Below are positions 8,152 through 17,238 of a DNA stretch of 32,000 bases, piece after piece. Below the pieces are notes generated by a model. That model saw nothing but the letters and a program-made list of their open reading frames with translations. It did not search any database and was not told where the DNA came from. Each line of letters starts with the position of its first letter. Position 1 is the stretch's first letter. Source of the stretch: Flavobacteriaceae bacterium (lineage in GTDB: Bacteria; Bacteroidota; Bacteroidia; Flavobacteriales; Flavobacteriaceae); contig OZ245049.1 in NCBI GenBank assembly GCA_965224465.1, positions 3,930,001-3,962,000 of the forward strand, given 5' to 3'. The position numbers and the translations under genes are program-made.

Positions 8152-8874
8152 ATGATAAAGAACATTGGAGTTTTTTTATGCATATTGTTATTCCCAATAT
8201 ATGGGTTTGGTATGCACATAGCAGAAGGCTTTTTGCCGAAAGAATGGGCGGGGTTTTGGACGCTAGTATTTGTGCCGTTTTTAATTGTGGGATATAGGAA
8301 GTTAAAAAAACAAACGGAAGCAGTTCCGAAAACTAAAATGTTATTTGCCGTTGTTTGTGCATTTGTGTTTGTACTGTCATCATTTAAAATGCCTTCAGTA
8401 GCCGGGAGTAGTTCCCATCTTACAGGAATCGCTTTGGGTGCTATTTTATTTGGAGCTTCTACCATGTCTGTTGCGGGTTTAATCGTATTGTTATTTCAAG
8501 CTTTATTACTTGCTCATGGAGGGATAACCACGCTCGGAGCCAATGCTTTTTCTATGGCAGTTGTTGGTGCATTTGTAGCGGTATGGGTGTTCAAATTTGC
8601 GTTGTATTTAAAAGCTCCTCAATGGCTGGCTGTGTTTTTAGCCGCGTATTTATCGGATCTATTAATCTATGTGTCTACTTCTGGGCAACTTGCATTGGCT
8701 TTTCAATCAGACTCTAGTAGTTTGCTGGATAATATGCTTAAGTTTATGTCTGTTTTTGCGGTGACTCAATTGCCTTTAGCTATTTTGGAAGGCGTCTTTA
8801 CCGTGGCTGCTTTTAATATGATACGTTCTTATAATAAAGCAGAATTACGACTCATAAATCCAAAATTAAAATAA
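8152..8874 (+). CDS. cbiM: Cobalt ECF transporter substrate-capture component CbiM
   Basis: 240-aa membrane ORF containing MHIAEGFLP, the conserved CbiM/NikM N-terminal metal-binding motif, at residues 21-29. The start is ambiguous: either 8152, giving a cleavable 20-aa leader, or the internal ATG at 8212. Followed by cbiN, cbiQ and cbiO. Confidence 0.88.
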   Translation: MIKNIGVFLCILLFPIYGFGMHIAEGFLPKEWAGFWTLVFVPFLIVGYRKLKKQTEAVPKTKMLFAVVCAFVFVLSSFKMPSVAGSSSHLTGIALGAILFGASTMSVAGLIVLLFQALLLAHGGITTLGANAFSMAVVGAFVAVWVFKFALYLKAPQWLAVFLAAYLSDLLIYVSTSGQLALAFQSDSSSLLDNMLKFMSVFAVTQLPLAILEGVFTVAAFNMIRSYNKAELRLINPKLK

Positions 8875-8955
8875 ATTAAAATTCGTTCAAGACTACTTGT
8901 TATACTTGTGATGTAAGTGTATAAGTTGTTGTCGATAAAATATAAAGAGAGTGAT

Positions 8956-9240
8956 ATGAAGAATACTAAATTAGTAAATCTAATAGTGATTTTTTTAGCC
9001 ATTGCAGTGGTAGCCATGCAGTTTGTTCTTCCCATGATTATGGGCGATTTTCAAGGGTCTGATGATCAAGCTGTAGGTTTGATTGCTGAAATAGACCCTA
9101 GTTATAAGCCTTGGGCAGATCATTTTTGGGAGCCTTCAGGTGCTTTTGGAGAAACACTGCTTTTTGCATTGCAAACATCGCTAGGATTAGGGGTGATTGT
9201 ACTTTACTTTTTTAAGAGAAATAGTGTTAAAAAAGGTTAG
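8956..9240 (+). CDS. cbiN: Cobalt transport protein CbiN
   Basis: Two-TM small protein with CbiN-like features (GSDDQA ... YKPW ... WEPSG ... ETLLFALQTSLG). The ORF track starts at 8917. I prefer the ATG at 8956 (MKNTKLVNLIV...), which gives the usual CbiN length. Confidence 0.82.
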   Translation: MKNTKLVNLIVIFLAIAVVAMQFVLPMIMGDFQGSDDQAVGLIAEIDPSYKPWADHFWEPSGAFGETLLFALQTSLGLGVIVLYFFKRNSVKKG

Positions 9241-9999
9241 ATGCTTATAGAACAATTATATAATTACAATCACAGATTGGTGCAGACGCATGCTGTTATT
9301 AAGGGATTGTACTGTGTACCTGTTTTTGTTTTAGCGGTCCTGTCAGAGAATACAAACTTTCATTTAATAGTGTTTTTGCTGTTTTTTATAGGGAGTACTG
9401 TAGTGGCTCGTGTGCCTTTATTGAAGTTAATTCACTTGTTCTTATTGCCGCTTACTTTTACCGCTGTAGGTTGTGTTACTTTGTTGGTCTCGCGTACTGA
9501 TCCTCTTCAAACAGAGGCGTTTTCTTTTCTGGGGCTGACCTTAGATCAGGCAACATATCCCTTGGCTATTTCTATTTTTTTTAAAAGTATGGCTATTGTA
9601 AGTGTGGTTTATTTTTTTTTATTGACCCATAGTATTTCCCAAATTGCAGCAATGATGTACGCCTGTAATATTCCTAGTTTATTTGTAGATTTATTTGTGC
9701 TTACGTATAAGTTTATTCATTTACTAACGCATACGGCAACGTCTATGTTGATTGCTCAGAAATGCAGAATGGGATATGCGCAAGGTCAACGAAAAACCAT
9801 TCAGAATTTTGCCTTGCTTTTTAGTGCTGTTTTTAAACATGCAATGCAACAGACCGAACAATTAGAAATAGCAATGGCATCTAGATTAGGAAGTGATGAG
9901 TTTTTGTTTTTAAGACCAAAACACGTGTTTTTTAAATCGCACTTAGTGCTGCCTATATTATTTAATACAGGGCTGTTTATTGCCTTTTTTATCGTGTAA
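9241..9999 (+). CDS. cbiQ: ECF transporter transmembrane (T) component CbiQ
   Basis: 252-aa polytopic ORF between cbiN and cbiO. Its start abuts the cbiN stop. Position and hydrophobicity match CbiQ/EcfT. Confidence 0.82.
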   Translation: MLIEQLYNYNHRLVQTHAVIKGLYCVPVFVLAVLSENTNFHLIVFLLFFIGSTVVARVPLLKLIHLFLLPLTFTAVGCVTLLVSRTDPLQTEAFSFLGLTLDQATYPLAISIFFKSMAIVSVVYFFLLTHSISQIAAMMYACNIPSLFVDLFVLTYKFIHLLTHTATSMLIAQKCRMGYAQGQRKTIQNFALLFSAVFKHAMQQTEQLEIAMASRLGSDEFLFLRPKHVFFKSHLVLPILFNTGLFIAFFIV

Positions 10000-10002
10000 A
10001 TT

Positions 10003-10842
10003 ATGAAGGATATAATCAGTTTTGAAAAAGTTAGTTTTTCCTATCCTTCTGGGGATATTGCAATTGATTCTATAGATTTAAAATTGCCAAAAGGAAAAAA
10101 AATAGCCTTGCTTGGAGCAAATGGAGCAGGGAAATCTACCTTAATGTTATTGCTTAACGGGATCTTAAAACCTAGTAAAGGCTGCTTGAAATATAAAGGG
10201 CTTGGATATGATTACCGTAAAAAAGGGCTTCGTAAATTAAGATCAAATATTGGATTGCTGTTTCCTGAGTCGGATTATCAACTGATAGCTCCTACGGTGT
10301 ATGAAGAAATTTCTTTTGGATTGTTAAATCAATTAAAAAGTGAGGAAGAGACCCGTATATGTGTGGAACAAGTAATCCAAGATTTTTCATTAGAGGACTT
10401 TGTGAATAAACCTCCGCATCAATTAAGTACGGGACAGAAAAAAAGAGTTTGTTTGGCAGCCATTTTAGCTATGGAACCTGAATTAGTGGTGTGTGATGAG
10501 CCTGTAGCAAATTTAGATCCAATGTATGCAGATAGAATTTTTGAATATTTAGAGGCTTTAAATAGGAAAGGAAAAACAATTCTTATTGCAACTCACGATG
10601 TAAATCAAGCATATTCTTGGGCGGATTATGTGATTGTTCTAAATCAAGGAAAAGTCCTAATGAGTGGGCTTCCTCAAGATGTTTTTAGTGCAAAAAAAGT
10701 ACTGAAAGATGCCAATTTAAAACCCCCAATTATTATTGATTTGATGAACGATCTAGGGTTAAATACATGCAATGCAACCCTCCCTAAAAATATGGAGGAG
10801 CTAAAAACACGGCTAAAAAACTTGATGAGAGAACGTGTTTAG
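10003..10842 (+). CDS. cbiO: ECF transporter ATPase CbiO
   Basis: Walker A GANGAGKST, ABC signature LSTGQKKR, Walker B LVVCDEP and an H-loop (ATHD). Confidence 0.9.
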   Translation: MKDIISFEKVSFSYPSGDIAIDSIDLKLPKGKKIALLGANGAGKSTLMLLLNGILKPSKGCLKYKGLGYDYRKKGLRKLRSNIGLLFPESDYQLIAPTVYEEISFGLLNQLKSEEETRICVEQVIQDFSLEDFVNKPPHQLSTGQKKRVCLAAILAMEPELVVCDEPVANLDPMYADRIFEYLEALNRKGKTILIATHDVNQAYSWADYVIVLNQGKVLMSGLPQDVFSAKKVLKDANLKPPIIIDLMNDLGLNTCNATLPKNMEELKTRLKNLMRERV

Positions 10843-11038
10843 TGTTGTTTATTAGGTGCTTGTATTTCATCAATCGAGGGGTGTTCCGAGATAGAAAAAA
10901 AATATTTTAGAAGCAGCTCTTGTTGTATGTGAATGGATGTTTGAGAAACTATATTTTGTTGTTTTTTAGAATTACTGTAACATTTCTGATTGTTTTGGTA
11001 CTAATACATCAAAATCAATCAATTAAACAATAAAATCT

Positions 11039-11926
11039 ATGAAGCTTAGTATTAGTGGTTTGTCAAAAACGTATAAAAATGGAGTGAAAGCTCTCGATAA
11101 TTTGAACTTAGAAATAGGAACGGGTATGTTCGGGCTTTTAGGCCCTAACGGTGCTGGAAAATCTACCTTGATGAGAACCATTGCTACCTTGCAATCTCCA
11201 GATGCAGGAACTATTACTTTTAATGGAATTAACGTTCTTGAAGATCAAATGAGTTTGCGTAAAATACTAGGCTATCTTCCTCAATCCTTTGGCGTGTATC
11301 CAAAAATGTCTGCAGAAGAGTTACTGGATTATTTTGCGACACTCAAAGGTGTTAGCGCGAAGTCGGATCGGATCAAATTAGTAAAAGAGGTCTTGGAAAT
11401 CACCAATTTATACGAGGTTAGAAAAAAGTATGTTGCTGGGTATTCTGGTGGGATGAAACAACGTTTTGGAATTGCACAGTTATTATTGAACAGCCCTAAG
11501 TTGATTATTGTAGATGAGCCGACAGCTGGATTAGATCCCGCAGAACGTCACCGATTTTTAAATGTATTGAGAGAGGTAGGAACCAATTGTACCGTTATAT
11601 TTTCTACACATATAGTAGAAGATGTTAAAGAATTATGTAACGAAATGGCCATTGTAAACGGAGGGCGTATTTTAAAACAAATTACCCCTATAGAGGCCAC
11701 TAAAGAAATTAAGGGACAGATATGGTCATGTGTTGTTGAACGTGATGATTTAGAAGGGATAGAAGCAAAATACCAGGTGCTATCTTCAAGCTATAATCAG
11801 GATAATTCCTTAACTGTTCGTGTGCATGCGCCAGAAAAACCGTCAGAGGAATTTACCAGTGCAGAACCGCAGTTAGACGATGTGTATTTTATTGCTTTAA
11901 AACAAGATGAACCCGTAGAGGCATAA
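11039..11926 (+). CDS. ABC transporter ATP-binding protein (ABC-2 type partner)
   Basis: Walker A GPNGAGKST, signature YSGGMKQR, Walker B LIIVDEPTAGLD and H-loop STH. It lies 40 nt upstream of the permease-peptidase fusion. Confidence 0.9.
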   Translation: MKLSISGLSKTYKNGVKALDNLNLEIGTGMFGLLGPNGAGKSTLMRTIATLQSPDAGTITFNGINVLEDQMSLRKILGYLPQSFGVYPKMSAEELLDYFATLKGVSAKSDRIKLVKEVLEITNLYEVRKKYVAGYSGGMKQRFGIAQLLLNSPKLIIVDEPTAGLDPAERHRFLNVLREVGTNCTVIFSTHIVEDVKELCNEMAIVNGGRILKQITPIEATKEIKGQIWSCVVERDDLEGIEAKYQVLSSSYNQDNSLTVRVHAPEKPSEEFTSAEPQLDDVYFIALKQDEPVEA

Positions 11927-11966
11927 GTTTTACAAGCGTTAGTTATTAATTTAAATTATAAAATAC

Positions 11967-14900
11967 ATGTTTTCAATTATATTTAAACACGAATTAAAGT
12001 ATTGGTTTAAACAGCCAACTTTTTACATTTTTGCCGCCATTTTATTTATTATATCTTGTTTTATGGCAGCCGCAAATGCTGGAATTTTTGATTCCATTAC
12101 TTCCTCCACTGGTTCTTCGAATATTATAAATTCTCCTTTTGCTATTAATGGAATGTTTAACGGGATGACTGTTTTAATGTTATTCCTTCTTCCGTCTATC
12201 ATTGGAGTCTCTGTATATAGAGATTATAAAAGCGAAATGCATACTATTTTGTATTCTTATCCTTTCACTAAGGGAAGTTATTTACTCGCAAAATTTTTCA
12301 GTTCTTTTTTAATAGTGCTACTAATTGTTGCTTTTATTGGATTAGGTTTATTTATTGGTTTCCGATTGCCAGGGACCAATTCAGAGATTGTTTCTGGATT
12401 TAGTGTCATGGCATATGTTCAGACCTACTTGGTGTATATTATTCCAAATATGTTTCTTTTTGGCGCCATTGTTTTTGGAGTAGTTACGTTTACTCGTAAT
12501 ATTTCAGCTGGTTTTATAACGGTCGTATTATTGTTATTTGTACAAGGTTTAGCTGGTGGATTAATCGGCGAAGTTGACAATCGGTTTATGGCTGGCTTGT
12601 TAGATCCTTTTGGAGGAGAAGCGATTCGTTATTATGTTCAGTATTGGACTGTTGCAGAAAAAAACGAAACCTTATTACCTATTGGAAGTTTAATTATCTA
12701 CAATCGAATCCTGTGGTTGAGTATTGCTGTTGGAATTTTTGCGTTTGTTTATAAAAAGTTTAGTTTTAGTCAAAATGCACTTTCTTTTAGCTTTAGAAAG
12801 GTGAAAGGGGAGCGTTTAATCAAACATAATTTTGGAGGTATCACGCGTATTAATTTACCAGAAGTAACATTAAATTATTCTTTTAAGGAACAGTTAAAAT
12901 CTGCGTGGCGTATGTCTCATGTAGATTTTAAATACATTGTACGAAGCTGGCCTTTTATCAGCATTTTAATCGTTGGATTGATATTTATTTTGTTGATGGC
13001 TGTCTCTTCAGGAAAAATATTTGGAACAAGTACGTATCCTATGACATGGCAAATGTTACTGATTCCTGGAACTGGTTTTTCGTTGTTTATTAATTTATTA
13101 ACTTTTTTATATGCGGGTATGTTGGTGCATCGCTCACGTATTTTTAATAGCAACCAATTGATTGATACCACGCCTATTAAAAATTGGACTTTGTTGCTGT
13201 CTAAATTTATTGCCTTGATAAAAATGCAAGTCATTATGTTATTGGTTATTGTGATTGCTGGGGTATTGTTTCAAGTGTATAAAGGGTTTTATGACTTTGA
13301 ATTTGGACATTATTTCTTTGAATTATATGCCTTAATGTTGGTGCATTTTGTTATATGGGCCATGCTCGCATTGTTTATTCAGAGCCTCGTAAAAAATCCA
13401 TATTTGGGCTTGTTTATTTTATTGATTGTTTCTATCGGAATGCAGTTTTTGTCGTTAGCAGGTATAGAACAGGCTATTTTTAAATACAATATTGCACCTG
13501 GATATCGCTATTCTGATATGAATGGATATGGAACAACGGTACTTCCGTATCTTATCTATAAATTTTATTGGTTGCTTTCCGGTGGGATGTTGCTAATCTT
13601 AGCCAGTTTGTTTTGGGTGCGCGGTTTGCCACATTCTTTTAAAGAACGTTTATTAATTGCTAGATCTAGATTTAGAGGTGTTCCGATGCTTTTGTTTTTA
13701 GGACTGATGATTGGTGTTTTTACCTTGGGAGGAAGTATTTATTATGAAAATAATATTCTAAACGAACGTAAATCCTCTAAAGAGCGTGAACTAAGTGATG
13801 TTACTTGGGAAAAGAAATATAAAAAATATGAACACTTTTTACAACCACGTATTGTAGATGTAAATGTAACGATGGATATTTTTCCGGCAGCGCGTAATTT
13901 TAAAGCAAGTGGTACCTATATAATGGTTAATAAAACAAATCAAGATATTGATACTATTTTATTAAACCATAATAAGTACCCGAGTACTTTTGAATTTAAT
14001 CGTAAAACCCAGTTGGTTTCTGAAGACACGGTGTATCACTTTGATATGTATGCCTTAGATAAAAAGTTAGCTCCGGGCGATTCAATACGTTTGAGTTTTA
14101 CCTTTAAAAACAAGAAAAACACCTTGTTGAGAACACATTCTCCTGTAAAGGAAAATGGTACTTTTTTACATTCTAGTATGTTTCCTAGCCTTGGGTATCC
14201 AGGAGGAGGATTGACAGACGATAAGACCCGTGAAAAATACGGACTTGCTAAAAATGATTTAAAACCAATGCCTACGGATAGTACTGCTTTAGGTAATACG
14301 TATATTTCTAGGGATTCTGACTGGATTAATTTTGAAGCTAGGGTGAGTACTTCAGAAGATCAAATAGCAATTGCTCCAGGATATTTACAGGAAGAAGTAG
14401 TAAAAAATGGAAGGCGCTATTTTCATTATAAAATGGATCATAAAATATTAAATTTCTATGCCTTTAACTCAGGTAGATATGAGGTAAAGCGTGATAAATG
14501 GAAGGATGTAAATTTAGAGATCTTTTACCATAAAGGTCATGAATATAATTTGGAGCGTATGATGGACGGAATGAAAGCATCGCTAGCGTATAATTCAGAA
14601 AATTTTGGTCCTTATCAACATAAACAGGTGAGAATTATTGAATTTCCACGTACCGATGGGTCCTTTGCACAATCATTTCCAAATACCATCCCGTTTTCAG
14701 AAGGGGCTGGTTTTATAGCTGATGTTCAGGAGGATGCTGATGGATTGGATTATGGTTTTGCGATTACCGTACATGAATTGGCGCATCAGTGGTGGGCGCA
14801 TCAAGTAATTGGTGCCGATGTTAGAGGAGCAACGATGTTGTCTGAAAGTTTGTCGGAATATGTTTCCTTAAAAGTATTGGAGCATGAATATGGAAAAAGT

Positions 14901-15611
14901 AAAATGCGTACGTTTTTAAAAAAATCATTAGATGATTATTTATTGAAACGTACAATGGAACGAAAACGTGAAAGTGCATTGGCATATAATGATGGTCAAG
15001 GGTATATTCGTTACTATAAAGGTTCCTTGGTTTTTTATGCCTTGAGTGATTATATTGGGGAGGAAAAACTGAATGGGGCTTTGAAAAAATATTTAGAAAA
15101 AGTAAAATTTCAAGAGGCTCCTTATACGACTTCATTAGAAATGATCGATTGTATTAAAGAAGTTACACCAGACTCATTACAATACATAATTAAAGATATG
15201 TTTACAACGGTTACTTTATATAAAAATAGAATAGTAAACGCAGAACTTACAGAATTAGAAAATGGTAAATGGCAGGTAGATATTGAATTTAATGTGAGTA
15301 AGTACAGAAACAATAAAAAAGGACGTCGTTTTTATAGCGATAATAAACGGGATTCCTTGTCCTATAAAACAGAGAAAATGCGCAAACCAATATATTCTGT
15401 ACCTATGAAAGATTATATTGAAATAGGTGTTTTTGGAAGCGATGATTCTGAGGATAAAAAAGAGGTGCAATTGTATTTGAAAAAATATAAAATCACCCAA
15501 ATTAACAATAAAGTAACGTTAATTTTTGATCAAAAACCTACAGAAGTTGGCGTGGATCCATACAATAAACTAATTGATACAGATTCTAACGACAATCGTA
15601 GGAAACTGTAA
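11967..15611 (+). CDS. Fusion protein: multi-pass ABC-2-type permease (N-terminal ~560 aa) plus M1-family zinc metallopeptidase domain (C-terminal ~650 aa)
   Basis: 1214-aa ORF. The N-terminal half is dominated by hydrophobic segments. The C-terminal half carries HELAH (nt 14772-14786) followed by ...LSESLSEY, a gluzincin HExxH...E arrangement with M1-like flanks (HELAHQWW). Confidence 0.85.
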   Translation: MFSIIFKHELKYWFKQPTFYIFAAILFIISCFMAAANAGIFDSITSSTGSSNIINSPFAINGMFNGMTVLMLFLLPSIIGVSVYRDYKSEMHTILYSYPFTKGSYLLAKFFSSFLIVLLIVAFIGLGLFIGFRLPGTNSEIVSGFSVMAYVQTYLVYIIPNMFLFGAIVFGVVTFTRNISAGFITVVLLLFVQGLAGGLIGEVDNRFMAGLLDPFGGEAIRYYVQYWTVAEKNETLLPIGSLIIYNRILWLSIAVGIFAFVYKKFSFSQNALSFSFRKVKGERLIKHNFGGITRINLPEVTLNYSFKEQLKSAWRMSHVDFKYIVRSWPFISILIVGLIFILLMAVSSGKIFGTSTYPMTWQMLLIPGTGFSLFINLLTFLYAGMLVHRSRIFNSNQLIDTTPIKNWTLLLSKFIALIKMQVIMLLVIVIAGVLFQVYKGFYDFEFGHYFFELYALMLVHFVIWAMLALFIQSLVKNPYLGLFILLIVSIGMQFLSLAGIEQAIFKYNIAPGYRYSDMNGYGTTVLPYLIYKFYWLLSGGMLLILASLFWVRGLPHSFKERLLIARSRFRGVPMLLFLGLMIGVFTLGGSIYYENNILNERKSSKERELSDVTWEKKYKKYEHFLQPRIVDVNVTMDIFPAARNFKASGTYIMVNKTNQDIDTILLNHNKYPSTFEFNRKTQLVSEDTVYHFDMYALDKKLAPGDSIRLSFTFKNKKNTLLRTHSPVKENGTFLHSSMFPSLGYPGGGLTDDKTREKYGLAKNDLKPMPTDSTALGNTYISRDSDWINFEARVSTSEDQIAIAPGYLQEEVVKNGRRYFHYKMDHKILNFYAFNSGRYEVKRDKWKDVNLEIFYHKGHEYNLERMMDGMKASLAYNSENFGPYQHKQVRIIEFPRTDGSFAQSFPNTIPFSEGAGFIADVQEDADGLDYGFAITVHELAHQWWAHQVIGADVRGATMLSESLSEYVSLKVLEHEYGKSKMRTFLKKSLDDYLLKRTMERKRESALAYNDGQGYIRYYKGSLVFYALSDYIGEEKLNGALKKYLEKVKFQEAPYTTSLEMIDCIKEVTPDSLQYIIKDMFTTVTLYKNRIVNAELTELENGKWQVDIEFNVSKYRNNKKGRRFYSDNKRDSLSYKTEKMRKPIYSVPMKDYIEIGVFGSDDSEDKKEVQLYLKKYKITQINNKVTLIFDQKPTEVGVDPYNKLIDTDSNDNRRKL

Positions 15612-15633
15612 CAAAGTCAATGTATTTATATAT

Positions 15634-15673
15634 AAAGCCTTATAAACATAAGTTTATAAGGCTTTATTATTTT
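15634..15673 (+). terminator. Rho-independent terminator after the permease-peptidase gene
   Basis: Perfect 14-bp stem aaagccttataaac / gtttataaggcttt with loop ataa, followed by attatttt. Confidence 0.85.
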
Positions 15674-15765
15674 CCGACAACTAGAAAAAAAATGCAATTA
15701 ACAACTTCATGTCACAATTATTATTGACAAACGAACGTTTTGTTTTATAGGTTAAAATTTTAAGG

Positions 15766-15773
15766 TATATTTG
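15766..15773 (+). promoter_or_regulatory. Candidate -7 promoter box (TAnnTTTG) upstream of the PorP/SprF gene
   Basis: TATATTTG lies about 58 nt upstream of the ATG at 15831. A TTTG at 15739-15742 could serve as the -33 element, but the spacing (23 nt) is slightly long. Confidence 0.3.
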
Positions 15774-15830
15774 ATTCTTGTCCCCGTCATAGTTCCATTG
15801 AATTAATGTAGCGAAAATATAAATATAAAA

Positions 15831-16796
15831 ATGAAGAAAGGTTTAGGAGTACTATTTGTATTGTTTTGTGTTATTTTAAATGCTCAGGAAACACTTCCTG
15901 TATATGCGGATTATTTATCAGACAATGTGTTTTTGATTCACCCCGCAGCTGCAGGTATTGGGAATACGGGGAAATTAAGATTAACGGCAAGAAATCAATG
16001 GAGTGGGGTGGAGAATGCACCTGAATTACAAACGCTAAGTTTTCATATGCGTTCGGGAGATAATATGGGACTTGGTCTGGTGCTGTTTAACGATAAAAAT
16101 GGATACCATTCCCAACTTGGGATTCAAGGAACTTTTGCCTATCATTTGAATATTGGGCGCTTGGGGACGTTAAATCAACTGTCTTTTGCATTGTCTTTTA
16201 TGGCTGTGAATAACAGGGTAGATGAGAGTCAGTTTACGATTCCAGACCCAGTAATTTCTCAGATTGTTAGAAGTGAAGCTTATTACAATGCAGATTTTAG
16301 TATGGCGTATCATCGCAATCGTTTTTTCTCTTATTTTACGGCAAAAAACATAATGCTTTCAGCAAGATCCTTGTATAATGATAAGTATGAGTCTCTTAAT
16401 TTAAGAAGGTATTTAGCAACTGTCGGCTATTTTTTTGGGAGAGAAGATGGTATTCAGTTAGAACCTTCGTTTATGGGGCAAGTAATAGAACGTACAGGTG
16501 AAAAATTTGCAGATTTTAATATAAAAGCATATAAAACATTTGGAAAAGCACAATTGTGGGTGGCACTTTCTTACCGTCAAGGATTTGATGGAGGTGACAC
16601 GCAAGAATTGAGTTATATCACACCAATAGTGGGGCTTAATATGAACGATTTTATGTTGTCTTATACCTATACAAAACTTATAGGAAATATCTTGTTTGAC
16701 GATGCAGGGTATCATCAAATTACACTTGGATTGAACCTGTTTAAAAGACCTGTTCAACGCCAAATAGGCTGCCCTAATATGCGCAATGCCTTTTAA
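15831..16796 (+). CDS. PorP/SprF-family type IX secretion system membrane protein
   Basis: 321-aa ORF with a signal peptide ending NAQ and the family-typical N-terminal pattern (PVYADYLSDNVFLIHPAAAG ... LRLTARNQWSG ... AP.TLSF). Beta-barrel-like alternating sequence. Confidence 0.82.
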   Translation: MKKGLGVLFVLFCVILNAQETLPVYADYLSDNVFLIHPAAAGIGNTGKLRLTARNQWSGVENAPELQTLSFHMRSGDNMGLGLVLFNDKNGYHSQLGIQGTFAYHLNIGRLGTLNQLSFALSFMAVNNRVDESQFTIPDPVISQIVRSEAYYNADFSMAYHRNRFFSYFTAKNIMLSARSLYNDKYESLNLRRYLATVGYFFGREDGIQLEPSFMGQVIERTGEKFADFNIKAYKTFGKAQLWVALSYRQGFDGGDTQELSYITPIVGLNMNDFMLSYTYTKLIGNILFDDAGYHQITLGLNLFKRPVQRQIGCPNMRNAF

Positions 16797-17038
16797 GAAT
16801 ATTACTTGTATGATTTAGGTTTCTAAGATGTTTTCCTTGCATCCAATTAGCAGCTCGATATTCAATGTATTAAACCTGTTACCTTACGCTTATTTGTGGA
16901 AGGGTTAAAGGAATATGGAATGTAGAGGGGGCATATATTCTGGAGCGTTTAAAACTGGGCTTAGAAGAAGAAAATGCCTGTGATATTTATTTAATGTTGT
17001 AAAGTCGTATCATTATAAAGTTAAATGGGCATGCTTAC

Positions 17039-17198
17039 ACCAAATACATTTCCAATTGACGGTTTATAAATGGAATTGTTTTTTGTTTTAGCTAGGCGGA
17101 AAATCTAAAGATAACCATAGCTATCGTTCTGTTTTTAACAACGATAGAACGTAAAATAAACTGTTTGTATCAGTTATTTAGGTTTGTAATTGGTATAA
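17039..17198 (+). repeat. Copy B of the ~160-nt intergenic repeat, candidate structured RNA element
   Basis: Direct-orientation homologue of 7177-7336. It lies in the 467-bp gap between the PorP/SprF and vWA genes and ends 10 nt before a strong hairpin terminator. Confidence 0.8.
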
Positions 17199-17208
17199 AA
17201 TACTAAAA

Positions 17209-17238
17209 ACAACACCCGAATTAATATTCAGGTGTTGT
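17209..17238. terminator. Bidirectional intrinsic terminator
   Basis: The stem is acaacacc / ggtgttgt, extended by gaat / attc around a 4-nt loop. It is followed on the plus strand by gactttttcttctt. On the minus strand it is followed by a T-run (plus-strand A-run 17205-17209). It can end both the vWA operon and any plus-strand transcript of repeat copy B. Confidence 0.75.

Noticed and set aside
8076-8465. ORFs 8076-8297 (+) and 8145-8465 (-) near the start of cbiM.
   Set aside because: One begins inside the 3' end of the riboswitch and its expression platform and is out of frame with cbiM. The other is antisense to cbiM. Neither has protein-like features.
12917-15500. Minus-strand ORFs 12917-13234, 14821-15135, 15122-15313 and 15255-15500.
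   Set aside because: All are antisense within the well-supported 1214-aa permease-peptidase gene and have low-complexity, AT-codon-driven sequences.
16797-17038. Checked the spacer upstream of repeat copy B for a decayed gene or small ORF.
   Set aside because: Hand translation of both strands gives only very short ORFs of about 20 codons or fewer, with no recognisable motif.
7177-17198. The two direct repeat copies bracket a ~10-kb block (receiver, riboswitch-cbiMNQO, ABC/M1 fusion, PorP/SprF). This could be read as att-like boundaries of an integrated island.
   Set aside because: There is no integrase, transposase, excisionase, tRNA target or conjugation gene inside or beside the block. 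Base composition looks uniform by eye. The repeats are ~10% diverged rather than identical, as fresh att duplications would be. A dispersed RNA or repeat family is the simpler reading. Synteny comparison could still test island status.
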